Source of the DNA: Candidatus Hydrogenedentota bacterium
GTDB lineage: Bacteria; Hydrogenedentota; Hydrogenedentia; Hydrogenedentales; CAITNO01
Reading direction: 5' to 3'
Assembly (NCBI GenBank): GCA_033813475.1
Contig: JAPXRP010000001.1
Location: 1-59,208, forward strand
DNA: 59,208 bases
Shown piece by piece: positions 35,640 through 45,203 of this stretch; positions within the stretch are counted from its first letter, which is position 1, and each line of letters starts with the position of its first letter. Made by a program: the position numbers and the translations under genes. The notes below the pieces were generated by a model. That model saw only the letters and a program-made list of their open reading frames with translations, was not told the origin of the DNA and ran no database searches.

Positions 35640-36944
35640 TCAGCGGAAGAGCCAGGGCAGGATGATCGCGGCCAGCACGGCCAGCAGCAGCACCAGCACC
35701 AAGATGGACCAGGGGTTGTACCCGGGCGCGCCGCCAGCCTCCGCCGCGGGGGTTTTCAGCGCAAACACGCGGTCCACCGGCTGCCACTCGCCCACGCTGT
35801 CCGTCCGGCATTTCGCGCCGGCGGGGAGGGCCGCCTTGGCGACCGCCCTTTCCGCCTCCGCGCGGTCCTCCGTCTCGAAGACCACCTCGCCGAATTCGTC
35901 GGAAAACTGAAACACATGGCCCAGCCCGAAACTGTCCCGGTAGGCGTGGATGCGGTCCGCAAGGGCCTGGCGCGCCGCAAGATCCTGGGTGCTTCCGTAG
36001 AGACGTTCCAGAAACCGGAGCCCCTGGGCCGCCTCCTTGTTCCGCCCGAGAATCTCCGCGAGCAGGTGGATGACCGAGGGGTCTTCCGCGCCGCCCTTGG
36101 CGTAGGCCGACCGTATCTGGGAGATGGCGAGCTGGAGGTTCCCCAGCGGGGGCGGGGCGTCGAGGTAGACCTGGGCCAGAATCCGGTTCGCCGCGTAGTG
36201 CTCCGGATGCTGCAGGGCATGGATGTTCAGCAGGCGCTCCGCGTCGGCATACTCCCCCTTCCGCACCATGCGCTCCAGGGAGAGCAGCTCCGGCGTCATG
36301 GCCGACGTGCCCTCCACCGCCCCGGGCTTGGCCGAGGACACCACCATCGTCGCGCCGTAGACCTCCTCGCGGGCCTCGCAGGTCGCGGTGGCCCCCGGTG
36401 CAACCATCATCGGATCCACCTTCACCACCATGAAGGCCGTCTGGCTGGCCCGCACCAGATTGAGCGGAACCTCCGCGGTGCCGATGCGCAGGATGGGCGC
36501 CGCGGTCCGCGTCCCGTTCGGCGAGACGATGGTCAAATCATCGCCCGTGTGGAAGACCCCGGACCGCACGGTCACCTGCATCTGGCACTCCTCGGTGGAG
36601 GCGGGGTACACGTTCTGCACGGTCAGCAGGTTCTGGTCGTTTTCCGCGGCCTGCGCGGGGTTGGACACGGCCTGGCGCAGGCGGGCCTGGGCGATTTCCT
36701 CGCGGAGCTTGGCCAGTGTGTCGGCGTCCACCTTCCCCTCCAGGCGCCTCGCGCACTCCTCCGCCTCCTCCGGACGTCCAAGCTGCGCCAGGCACACCGC
36801 CCGGTAGTAGGTGACATGCCGGCTGTTTGGCCGTTCGCGCTCCAGGCTTTCCAGAATGGACAAACAGGCCTCGTGGTTCCCGTCCTTGAGTTTTGCCAGC
36901 GCGTCCTCGTAAAGAACCGAGGCCTCTTCGTTTGTCATCGCCAT
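35640..36944 (-). CDS. TPR-repeat protein with C-terminal transmembrane anchor
   Basis: N-terminal TPR-like helices are seen ('EACLSILESLERERPNSRHVTYYRAVCLAQLGRPEEAEE'). The C-terminal helix is 'PWSILVLVLLLAVLAAIILPWLF'. It converges on mrfB with a 15-nt gap. Confidence 0.7.
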   Translation of the reverse strand: MAMTNEEASVLYEDALAKLKDGNHEACLSILESLERERPNSRHVTYYRAVCLAQLGRPEEAEECARRLEGKVDADTLAKLREEIAQARLRQAVSNPAQAAENDQNLLTVQNVYPASTEECQMQVTVRSGVFHTGDDLTIVSPNGTRTAAPILRIGTAEVPLNLVRASQTAFMVVKVDPMMVAPGATATCEAREEVYGATMVVSSAKPGAVEGTSAMTPELLSLERMVRKGEYADAERLLNIHALQHPEHYAANRILAQVYLDAPPPLGNLQLAISQIRSAYAKGGAEDPSVIHLLAEILGRNKEAAQGLRFLERLYGSTQDLAARQALADRIHAYRDSFGLGHVFQFSDEFGEVVFETEDRAEAERAVAKAALPAGAKCRTDSVGEWQPVDRVFALKTPAAEAGGAPGYNPWSILVLVLLLAVLAAIILPWLFR

Positions 36945-37104
36945 GGTCTGTGTCCTTGTTGCCGGGAACGCCCGCGCGCCTTTTCATCATACCCGCGGGA
37001 ACCCGCCCCCGCCACTTTTCAGGGGCGGCGTGTTCCCCGGATGCCGCCTGTGCTAGACTTCCCGCGCTTGCGGGGACGAAAAACCACCCAAAGGGAATTC
37101 ATAC

Positions 37105-37440
37105 ATGGACGAACTGACCTCTTTCCAGCGAAAACATCTCCGCGGACTGGCCCAGGCCCTGGATGCCGTCGTGATTGTCGGCAAGCAGGGCGTCACCGAG
37201 AACCTGGTCCGGGCGGTGGACGCCGCGCTGGAGGCCCATGAACTGGTGAAGATACGGTTTAACGAGCACAAGGACGAGAAAGCCGCGCTGGCGGAGCAAA
37301 TCCGCGAGGCCACCGGCAGCGTGATCCCCGGGCGCATCGGGCATGTGGTGCTGTTTTTCCGCAGGCACCCCGATCCCGAAAAGCGCCGGATCGCCCTGCC
37401 CGACGCCCCCAGGCCGCCGAAACGCCCCCCGGTCATTTGA
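37105..37440 (+). CDS. yhbY: YhbY-like CRM-domain RNA-binding protein
   Basis: 'LTSFQRKHLRGLAQALDAVVIVGKQGVTENLVRAVDAALEAHELVKIRF' matches the YhbY family pattern. Confidence 0.8.
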   Translation: MDELTSFQRKHLRGLAQALDAVVIVGKQGVTENLVRAVDAALEAHELVKIRFNEHKDEKAALAEQIREATGSVIPGRIGHVVLFFRRHPDPEKRRIALPDAPRPPKRPPVI

Positions 37441-37863
37441 ACCGCTCCACCGGCGTGCCGTTTTTGCTGAGCAGTTTGTCCCCGGAAATGTACACGACCT
37501 CATTGAAGGACTGGCCGCCAAACTGGCCCGTGACACGAAACTTGTCGTAGTCCAGCTGCCAGTTGCCCTGGATGTAGTCCACGCCCATCATGGACTTGAG
37601 CATGGGGTGGTACACATACAGAACCCCGTTGGGCATGATGGCGACTTTCAGCTTGTACTGGTCCGCCTGCAGCGCCCATTCCGTGCCGATGATGTTGCTG
37701 GCGTTAAGGCGGGGCGGCTCGCGGGCGCCGCAGCCTGCCCCGGGGCGGGGGCGGTGGCCGCCGCCCCATCACGGTTTGCCTTCACCTGCTGCATGACGAT
37801 GGGCAGGCCCAAGAATGCGGCCAGTGCCGCCGCCACCACAATCAAGAACTTGTTGCTGTCCAT
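37433..37863 (-). pseudogene. Small signal-anchored protein apparently split by a frameshift in a G/C-run region (or an assembly indel)
   Basis: ORF 37648..37863 encodes only a signal anchor plus an Ala/Pro linker. The adjacent frame is open from the stop at 37769-71. It reads a globular-looking '...NASNIIGTEWALQADQYKLKVAIMPNGVLYVYHP...' through to 37433. The two frames overlap across 'ccccggggcggggg' (37738-37751). Confidence 0.45.
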
Positions 37864-38106
37864 TAGGCTCCACCCCCAGTTTGCATACCTTTTCCCTTTT
37901 CCGCCTGCAACTGCCGGTTCCTACTGTAAGAATTATAGCACGGACGGGCGCGGTTGCCAATAATATTCTTTTCCGAGGCCGTTCCATGCCGGCCCTCCCC
38001 CGGCAAAGGTTGAAGCGAAGGCCGCCTTTTGCGCAGACTGTGCCCTCGAACCGGCCGGCGCGGCGGGCTGAATGCCGCGCCCATCCCAAAAAAGGAGTCC
38101 CGCGAA

Positions 38107-41100
38107 ATGAATCTGTTCTTCCTGCCCGTGACCATGATGGCGGTGTCCCTGGGCCTTTCCGCCGTCGCCGCCGCCCCGGCGCCCCACCATCTGCGCTGTG
38201 AATACCGGGTTAACCCGCAGGGGATTGACACCCTCCAGCCGCGCCTCTCCTGGAACATGGCGGCCGACGGGCGCGGGCAGGCGCAGACCGCCTACCAGGT
38301 GCTGGTGGCCTCGTCCGCCGCACTGCTGGCCGGGGACCAGGGCGACCTGTGGGATTCGGGACAGGTGGCCTCGGACGCCTCCATCCAGATCGAATACGCG
38401 GGCGCGGCCCCCGTGTCTTTCCAGGACTGCTTCTGGAAGGTGCGCGTGTGGGACAAGGGGGGCGCCCCCTCGCCGTGGAGCGAGCCCGCCCGCTGGAGCA
38501 TGGGCGCCCTGAAGCCGGAGGACTGGGCCGGGGCGAAGTGGGTCGGCCTGCCCGGCGGGGAGCAGATGTCCGCCGAAGAGACGGATTTCCTGAAGGCCTC
38601 GTGGATTTGGGGGCAGGAGGCGTCCCCCGAGACGGCCGCCGCCGCGGGCACCCGGTATTTCCGCCTGCCCCTCGCCGTGCCGGAGGACCTCCTCAGCGCG
38701 GTCTGCGTGTTCTCCGCCGACAACTCGGCGACCTTCTTCGTGAACGGCGAGAAGATGGGGCAGTGCTCCGACTTCCGCGGCGCGGTGGTGGTGGATGTCA
38801 CCAAGCGTCTCCAGCCCGGGGCCAACACCCTCGCCCTGTCCGTGTCCAATGCGGGCGACGGGCCGAACCCCGCCGGCCTGCTTCTCTCGCTGCGCATGGA
38901 GACGGCCTCCGGCCAGAAGACCGTGCTGTCCGGCGCGGAGGGCTGGAAGTCCTCGACACAGGGCGGCAAGGACTGGGAGAAGCCCGGCTTCGATGACAAT
39001 GCGTGGGAGGCGGCGAAAGTCATCGGGCAGAACGGCATGGATCCCTGGAAAGAGGTCAAGCCCTCGGCCTCGCGCGTGCTGCCCGCGCGCATGCTGCGCC
39101 GCGAGTTTGAGGCGAAGCCGGCCCTGCGCCGCGCCGTGGTGGCCTATTCCGGCCTCGGCCTGTCGGAGCTGTACCTCAACGGCGGGAAGGTCGGCGACGA
39201 GGTCCTGTCCCCCGGCTGCACGCAGTACAACAAGCGGGTCTTCTATCTGGTCCACGATGTGACCGACCGGATCACCCCGGGGAAGAACGCCCTCGGCGCG
39301 TGGCTGGGCAACGGCCGCTACTACGCCCCCCGGCTCACGGAGCCCACAAAGACCGACACCTACGGGTTCCCCAAGCTCCTCCTCGTCCTGCGCCTGGAGT
39401 ACGCCGACGGCTCTGTCGAGACCGTGGTGTCCGACGCGTCGTGGAAGCTGACCGACCAGGGACCCATCCGCGCGAACAACGAGTACGACGGCGAGACCTA
39501 CGACGCGCGGATGGAGATGCCCGGCTGGAACGCGCCGGGCTTCGACGACGCCGCGTGGCAGGCCGCGCAGGAGATGGAGGGGCCGACGGGCGTCCTCTCC
39601 GCCCAGATGATGGAGCCTGTCCGCGTCGTTGAGACGGTCCACCCCGTCGCTGTCAGCAGCCCCAAGCCCGGCATGTACATCTATGACATGGGCCAGAACA
39701 TGGTCGGCTGGGTCCGCATGACCGTCCGCGGCCCGAAGGGGACCACGGTCCGCCAGCGCCACGCCGAGCTGCTCAAGGACGACGGCACGCTGTACCTCGA
39801 CAACATCCGCGGGGCGAAGGTCACGAACGACTACACCCTGAAGGGCGGGGGCGTGGAGGTTTTCGAGCCCCGCTTCACCTATTTCGGGTTCCGCTACCTC
39901 GAGATCACGGGGCATCCCGGCGAGCCGTCGCTGGACGACGTCGTCGGCATGGTGGTCCACGACGACGTGGCCCCGGCGGGCACCTTCACCTGCTCGAACA
40001 AACTGGTGAACCAGATCGAAAAGAACATCCGCTGGGGCGTGCGCGGCAACTACCGCAGCATGCCCACCGACTGCCCCCAGCGCGACGAGCGCCAGGGCTG
40101 GCTCGGCGACCGCTCGGCGGAGAGCCAGGGCGAGACCTATCTCTACGACATCTCCGCCCTCTACGCCAAGTGGGTCTGCGACATGGAGGACGCCCAGCTC
40201 GACACGGGCAGCGTCTCCGACGTGTGCCCCGCCTACTGGCCGCTGTACAACGACAACGTCACCTGGCCCAGCAGCTTCATCATCATCCCCTCCATGCTGC
40301 ACCGCCAGTACGGCGACACGCGCGTCATGGCGCGCCACTACGACGGCATGAAGAAGTGGATCACGCACATGTCGCAGTACATCAAGGACGGCATCATGCC
40401 GCGCGACAACTACGGCGACTGGTGCGTGCCCCCGGAGGAGCAGCACCTCATCCACTCCAACGACCCGGCGCGCAAGACCCCCGGCGAATTCCTGGGAACG
40501 GTGTACTTCATCCACGACCTGAACCTCATGGCCGGGTACGCCCGCCAGATGGGGAAGGACGCCGACGCCGCCGACTTCGACGCCCGTGCGAAGGAGATGA
40601 CGAAGGCCTTCAACGATAAATTCCTGGACAAGAAGGAAGGGAAGTACGCCAACGGCACCGAGACCTCCTGCGTCCTGCCGCTGGCCTTCGGCGTCGCCCC
40701 CGAGGACATGCGCCAGCCCCTCTTCGACCGCCTGGTCAACAGCATCATGGTCAAGAGCGGCGGCCACCTCTCCACCGGCCTCGTCGGCGGGCAGTGGCTC
40801 AACCGCGTCCTGACCGACGGCGGCCGGCCCGACGTGTCCTACACCCTCGCCAGCCGCACCGCCTACCCGAGCTGGGGCTACATGGTCGAGAAGAACGCCA
40901 CCACCATCTGGGAGCTGTGGAACGGCGACACCGCCGACCCCGCCATGAACTCGGGCAACCACGTCATGCTCGTCGGCGACCTCAACATCTGGTTCTACGA
41001 GCACGTCGCGGGCATCCGCCCCGCCGCGCCGGGCTTCAAGAAAATCCTGCTCGACCCGGTCATCCTGGACGGGCTCGACTTCGCCGAGGCCTCCCACCGC

Positions 41101-41340
41101 AGCCCCTACGGCCAGATCTTCAGCCGCTGGGACAGGAAGGACGGGAAAGTGACCTGGCGCGTCACCATCCCCGCCAACACCACCGCCGAGCTGCGCGTGC
41201 CCGCCGCCGACCCGGAGAAGGTCACCGAGTCCGGCGCGCCCGCGAAGCAGGCCGAAGGGCTAGAGTTCGTGAAGACCGACAACGGCAAGGCGGTCTTCGA
41301 GGCCGGCTCCGGCACCTACGTCTTCGAAATCGCCGGGTAA
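38107..41340 (+). CDS. Alpha-L-rhamnosidase, GH78
   Basis: ORF 38029..41340 is trimmed to ATG 38107, which gives a signal peptide. 'LRCEYRVNPQGIDTLQPRLSW' is the canonical GH78 N-terminus. The motif 'TDCPQRDERQGWLGDR' is present. Confidence 0.9.
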   Translation: MNLFFLPVTMMAVSLGLSAVAAAPAPHHLRCEYRVNPQGIDTLQPRLSWNMAADGRGQAQTAYQVLVASSAALLAGDQGDLWDSGQVASDASIQIEYAGAAPVSFQDCFWKVRVWDKGGAPSPWSEPARWSMGALKPEDWAGAKWVGLPGGEQMSAEETDFLKASWIWGQEASPETAAAAGTRYFRLPLAVPEDLLSAVCVFSADNSATFFVNGEKMGQCSDFRGAVVVDVTKRLQPGANTLALSVSNAGDGPNPAGLLLSLRMETASGQKTVLSGAEGWKSSTQGGKDWEKPGFDDNAWEAAKVIGQNGMDPWKEVKPSASRVLPARMLRREFEAKPALRRAVVAYSGLGLSELYLNGGKVGDEVLSPGCTQYNKRVFYLVHDVTDRITPGKNALGAWLGNGRYYAPRLTEPTKTDTYGFPKLLLVLRLEYADGSVETVVSDASWKLTDQGPIRANNEYDGETYDARMEMPGWNAPGFDDAAWQAAQEMEGPTGVLSAQMMEPVRVVETVHPVAVSSPKPGMYIYDMGQNMVGWVRMTVRGPKGTTVRQRHAELLKDDGTLYLDNIRGAKVTNDYTLKGGGVEVFEPRFTYFGFRYLEITGHPGEPSLDDVVGMVVHDDVAPAGTFTCSNKLVNQIEKNIRWGVRGNYRSMPTDCPQRDERQGWLGDRSAESQGETYLYDISALYAKWVCDMEDAQLDTGSVSDVCPAYWPLYNDNVTWPSSFIIIPSMLHRQYGDTRVMARHYDGMKKWITHMSQYIKDGIMPRDNYGDWCVPPEEQHLIHSNDPARKTPGEFLGTVYFIHDLNLMAGYARQMGKDADAADFDARAKEMTKAFNDKFLDKKEGKYANGTETSCVLPLAFGVAPEDMRQPLFDRLVNSIMVKSGGHLSTGLVGGQWLNRVLTDGGRPDVSYTLASRTAYPSWGYMVEKNATTIWELWNGDTADPAMNSGNHVMLVGDLNIWFYEHVAGIRPAAPGFKKILLDPVILDGLDFAEASHRSPYGQIFSRWDRKDGKVTWRVTIPANTTAELRVPAADPEKVTESGAPAKQAEGLEFVKTDNGKAVFEAGSGTYVFEIAG

Positions 41341-41364
41341 CCCGGCCCCCGCAGAAAACACAGG

Positions 41365-41396
41365 CCCCGGCCGCCGGAACGATCTGGCGGCCGGGG
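41365..41396 (+). terminator. Terminator-like GC hairpin after the GH78 gene
   Basis: 'ccccggccgcc' (41365-41375) pairs with 'ggcggccgggg' (41386-41396) around a 10-nt loop. It is followed by 'taattctctgtt', which is a weak T-tract. Confidence 0.5.
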
Positions 41397-41411
41397 TAAT
41401 TCTCTGTTGAA

Positions 41412-41562
41412 GGGTCTTTTTCGGAGAAGGCAAAGAAGATTTACCACAAAGGCACAAAGGGCACAAAGAAGACGGAAAAAACCGGAGGCAAAGAGGGAAG
41501 ATTGGAAAAGATATCCTGCCTTCTTCGTGTTCTTTGTGTCTTTGTGGTGAAATTAAAGACCT
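41412..41562. repeat. Composite intergenic palindrome (CACAAAGG-type arms) between convergent genes
   Basis: The left arm is 'atttaccacaaaggcacaaagggcacaaagaagac' (41439-41473). The right arm is 'ttcttcgtgttctttgtgtctttgtggtgaaat' (about 41521-41553). Outer 'ggtcttt'/'aaagacc' also pair. Confidence 0.8.
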
Positions 41563-41563
41563 G

Positions 41564-42730
41564 TTACGCCAGCACGCCCGCGCCGTCCACGGGTTTGGAG
41601 AGGATGACTTCGCCCTCGCGGCCGGTGGCCTCCTTGTACTTGGCGAGGAGGCTGGCGGCGAAGGCTTCCGCGGCGTCGGCGGCGACGAGGTTGATGGTGC
41701 ATCCGCCGAAGCCGGCGCCGGTCATGCGCGCGCCGAAGCATCCCGGCAGGCCCCGGGCGATTTCGGTCATGGCGTTGAGCTCGGCGTTGGTGACCTCGTA
41801 GTCGTCGCGCAGGCTGATGTCCGAGGCGGTCATGAGCTCCCCGAGGCGGGCCATGTCGCCGGCGCTCATGGCGTCGCGGGCGGCGAGGGTGCGGTCGTCC
41901 TCGGTGATGACGTGGCGGGCGCGGCGGTAGGCGACGTCGCCCATGAGCCCCGCGCAGGCGTCCAGCTCGTCCACTGTGTAGTCGCGCAGGTGGGTGCCGT
42001 TGGGGTTGGCGCCCTGTTGGAGGGCGCGGACGGCCTCTCCGCACTCGGCGACGCGCTCGTTGTACTTGGAGCCGGTGAGCCCGCGCGGGCAGGCGGTGTT
42101 CGCGATGACGAACACGGCGTCCGGGAAGGCGATGGGCACCAGCTCGTATTCGTAGTTTCGGCAGTCGAGGAACAACCCGTGGCCCTCCTTCCCGCAGCGC
42201 GAGATGAACTGGTCCATGATGCCGCTGCTGAGGCCGAGGAAGAGGTTTTCGACGCGCTGGCCGAGCCGGGCGGCGGCGGGGCCCTCCATCGTGAAGCCGC
42301 CGAAATGCTCGAACATGCACAGGGCCGCCATCTCCAGGGCGGCGGAGCTGCTCAGGCCGCAGCCGATGGGCACATCGCCCTCCACCACGAGGTCCGCGCC
42401 CGTGAGGGGCAGCCCCTCCTTCGCCAGCTCCTCCGCCACGCCGACAATGTAGTCCACCCACGGCTCCTCCGCGCTGCGGACCCGGCGGTCGAGGTCGGCG
42501 ACCGTTTCGCGGTCCAGATTCTCCGCGCGGGCGTGGAGGGCGCGGTCTTCGCGGCGGCGCGCGGCGATGACCGTCTCCCGCTCGATGGCCATGGGCAGCA
42601 CGAATCCGTGGTTGTAGTCCGTGTGCTCGCCGATGATGTTCACGCGCCCGGGCGCGCGCACCACCACGTCGGGGCTCCCGCCGAACCGCCTCTCAAAGGC
42701 CTGGACAATGCTCGAACGCGAAATGGTCAT
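41564..42730 (-). CDS. galK: Galactokinase
   Basis: ORF 41564..42844 is trimmed to the Met at 42730. 'VVRAPGRVNIIGEHTDYNHGFVLPMAIE' is the galactokinase signature. The GHMP motif 'PIGCGLSSSAALE' is present. Confidence 0.9.
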   Translation of the reverse strand: MTISRSSIVQAFERRFGGSPDVVVRAPGRVNIIGEHTDYNHGFVLPMAIERETVIAARRREDRALHARAENLDRETVADLDRRVRSAEEPWVDYIVGVAEELAKEGLPLTGADLVVEGDVPIGCGLSSSAALEMAALCMFEHFGGFTMEGPAAARLGQRVENLFLGLSSGIMDQFISRCGKEGHGLFLDCRNYEYELVPIAFPDAVFVIANTACPRGLTGSKYNERVAECGEAVRALQQGANPNGTHLRDYTVDELDACAGLMGDVAYRRARHVITEDDRTLAARDAMSAGDMARLGELMTASDISLRDDYEVTNAELNAMTEIARGLPGCFGARMTGAGFGGCTINLVAADAAEAFAASLLAKYKEATGREGEVILSKPVDGAGVLA

Positions 42731-42802
42731 CACCAAAACTCCCCGGGCCAAGCCCGCTGTTGTGTGCGCAAAAGGATACCGCAGGAACGACGCCGGAATC
42801 AC

Positions 42803-42919
42803 GCCCGGGCGCGCGGACGAACACGGACGAACACGGACCGCCACGGACTGGGACTCAGCGTGGCAGCGGCCTTTTGTCCGTGCCTGTCCGTGTCCGTCCG
42901 TGCGGGTCCGTGCCCGGGC
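42803..42919. repeat. Composite intergenic palindrome (ACGGAC-type arms) between hemB and galK
   Basis: The left arm is 'gcccgggcgcgcggacgaacacggacgaacacggaccgccacggac'. The right arm is 'gtccgtgcctgtccgtgtccgtccgtgcgggtccgtgcccgggc'. The terminal 'gcccgggc' is shared. Confidence 0.8.
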
Positions 42920-43912
42920 CTAACCCCTGAGCCACCCCGCGGCGTCCTTCGCCCAGTAGGTCAGGATCATCTGCGCCCCCGCGCGGCGGATGCCCGTGAG
43001 CATCTCCAGGGCGGCGCGCTTCTCCTCGATCCAGCCGTTGGCCGCGGCGGCCTTGACCATGGCGTACTCGCCGCTGACGTTGTAGGCGGCGAGGGGGATG
43101 TCGAAGGTGTCCGCCGCCGCGCGCAGGATGTCGAGATAGGGGAGGGCGGGCTTTACCATGACGATGTCCGCGCCCTCGTCAATGTCCAGGGCGATCTCGC
43201 GCAGGGCCTCGCGGGCGTTCGCGGGGTCCATCTGATATGAGCGGCGGTCGCCGAACTGCGGCGGCGACTCGGCGGCGTCGCGGAAGGGCCCGTAGAAGGC
43301 GGAGGCGAACTTCGCGCTGTACGCCATGACGGGGAGGTCGGCGAAGCCGTGCGCGTCCAGGGCGTCGCGGATCGCGCCCACGCGGCCGTCCATCATGTCC
43401 GACGGGGCCACCATGTCCGCGCCCGCGCGGGCGTGGGCCAGCGCCTCGCGCGCGAGCAGGGCCACCGTCGCGTCGTTGTCCACGTCCGGGACGCCGTCGC
43501 GGTTGTTCCGCACCACGCCGCAGTGGCCGTGGTCGGTGTATTCGCAGAGGCACACGTCCGTGATGACGCACAGGTCCGGGCGGGCCGCCTTCACCGCCGC
43601 GACGGCGCGGGGGATGATGCCGTCGGGGTCATAGGCCCCGGAGCCCTCCGCGTCCTTGCTTGCGGGGATGCCGAAGAGGATCACCGCCGGGACCCCGAGG
43701 TCCGCCAGCGCGCGCGCCTCCTCCGCCAGCGTGTCCGGGCTGAACTGGAACTGGCCGGGCATGGACGCGATGGGGTTGCGCACCCCCGCGCCGGGGCGCA
43801 CGAAGAGCGGGGCGATCAGGTTGTCCACGGACAGCCGCGTCTCCCGCGCCATGCGGCGCAGGGTCTCGTTGCGGCGCATGCGCCGGAGCCGGGTGGAGAG
43901 ATGCAGGTTCAT
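42920..43912 (-). CDS. hemB: Porphobilinogen synthase (delta-aminolevulinate dehydratase)
   Basis: 'RLRRMRRNETLRRMARETRLSVDNLIAPLFV' is a typical N-terminus. 'DVCLCEYTDHGHCG' and 'VMVKPALPYLDI' are also present. Confidence 0.93.
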   Translation of the reverse strand: MNLHLSTRLRRMRRNETLRRMARETRLSVDNLIAPLFVRPGAGVRNPIASMPGQFQFSPDTLAEEARALADLGVPAVILFGIPASKDAEGSGAYDPDGIIPRAVAAVKAARPDLCVITDVCLCEYTDHGHCGVVRNNRDGVPDVDNDATVALLAREALAHARAGADMVAPSDMMDGRVGAIRDALDAHGFADLPVMAYSAKFASAFYGPFRDAAESPPQFGDRRSYQMDPANAREALREIALDIDEGADIVMVKPALPYLDILRAAADTFDIPLAAYNVSGEYAMVKAAAANGWIEEKRAALEMLTGIRRAGAQMILTYWAKDAAGWLRG

Positions 43913-43961
43913 GCGTTTTCCTCCTTTTCATGCAGGCGGCGCCGGGGGAGGGGGATGCCCG

Positions 43962-45176
43962 TCATCCCCGGACCGCGTCAAGCATCGCCGTGATGTTCTC
44001 CGGCGGCACGTTCGCCAGGATGTTGTGCACCTGCTGGAACACGAATCCGCCGCCGGGGTTCATGGTTTCCACCTGCGCGCGCACATGGGCGGCCACCGCC
44101 TCCGGCGTGCCGTTGGGCAGGATGTCCCGCGTGTCGCAGCCGCCGCCCCAGAAGGTGAGGTCGCGCCCGAAGTCACGCTTGAGCCCCGCCGCGTCCATGC
44201 CCCGGCAGGAGACCTGCACGGGGTTGATGGCGTCCAGCCCGGCGTCAATCAGGTCCGGGAGCAGCTCCCGCACCCCGCCGCAGCAGTGCAGCATGATCTT
44301 CACGTCGGCGAGCTCCTTTGCCCGCGCCCACATCAGGGCGTGGCGCGGCTTGAAGTACTCGCGGTACATGTCGGGCGACATCTGCGGGCCGTTCTGCATG
44401 CCCAGGTCGTCGCCGAACAGCACGATGTCCACATGCGGCCCCACGGCGCCGAGGAAGCGCTCCAGGTTTGCGAGGTGCAGCTCCACGGTCTTGTCCAGGA
44501 AACGGTTCACGCGGTCGGGCTCCGCCGCCAGCATGAGGAGGAACTGGTCGTTGCGGTAGAGGAACTGGCCCATCTCCAGCAGGTTGCCGCCGAATAGGCC
44601 GATGACCGCGCGGTCCGTGCGCGCGCGCAGGGCCTTTGCCCCGGCGGCCAGGGTCTCCGCGTCCGGCGCGAGGGGTCCGGGCGGCGAGGCGATGGCCGTC
44701 CACATGCACTCGGCCATGGCCTCGGGCAGATGGTCCGGGTCGTCGCCGTCGAGGAAGGGCCAGTGGGTTTGCTCGAAATACCACGCGCCGTCGGGCATGG
44801 CGGCGATGACCCGCCCGGAGGCCGACCGGATCACCCAGCGGTCCCCGTCGCGCTCCGGCCTGACCCACGCGTTCACGAGGCACGGCGTGCCGTCGGGCAG
44901 CACCCACTCCGCCCAGTCGCGGTCGTCCAGGGCGAAGCCCCGGCCCAGCTCGACGGTGTCCACGCCGAAGCGGTCCAGCACGTCGTCGTCCACCACGGCG
45001 AGCTGCTGCACGGGGTCGTAGACCCGCACCGGCCGGGGCGGCAGGCCCAGATGGGCGCGCAGTTTCGGGTAGGCCATGGCGGCGATGCCCGAGGAGCGGT
45101 GCCCGGAAAGGTCAATCGGCACCGTGTCCGGCTGTCGGTGGTTCAGCGCCGCCATCACGCGTTCGCGCGGGGTCAT
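43962..45176 (-). CDS. Uroporphyrinogen-decarboxylase (URO-D) family protein, MtaA/CmuA-like, not canonical HemE
   Basis: 'MTPRERVMAALNHRQPDTVPIDL' is an N-terminus typical of URO-D-like paralogues. The C-terminus has 'GGGFVFQQVHNILANVPPEN'. It lacks the HemE 'MRQAGRYLPEY' block. Confidence 0.8.
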   Translation of the reverse strand: MTPRERVMAALNHRQPDTVPIDLSGHRSSGIAAMAYPKLRAHLGLPPRPVRVYDPVQQLAVVDDDVLDRFGVDTVELGRGFALDDRDWAEWVLPDGTPCLVNAWVRPERDGDRWVIRSASGRVIAAMPDGAWYFEQTHWPFLDGDDPDHLPEAMAECMWTAIASPPGPLAPDAETLAAGAKALRARTDRAVIGLFGGNLLEMGQFLYRNDQFLLMLAAEPDRVNRFLDKTVELHLANLERFLGAVGPHVDIVLFGDDLGMQNGPQMSPDMYREYFKPRHALMWARAKELADVKIMLHCCGGVRELLPDLIDAGLDAINPVQVSCRGMDAAGLKRDFGRDLTFWGGGCDTRDILPNGTPEAVAAHVRAQVETMNPGGGFVFQQVHNILANVPPENITAMLDAVRG

Positions 45177-45203
45177 GTTCTTTCTCCTTTGGTGGGCGCG
45201 GGC

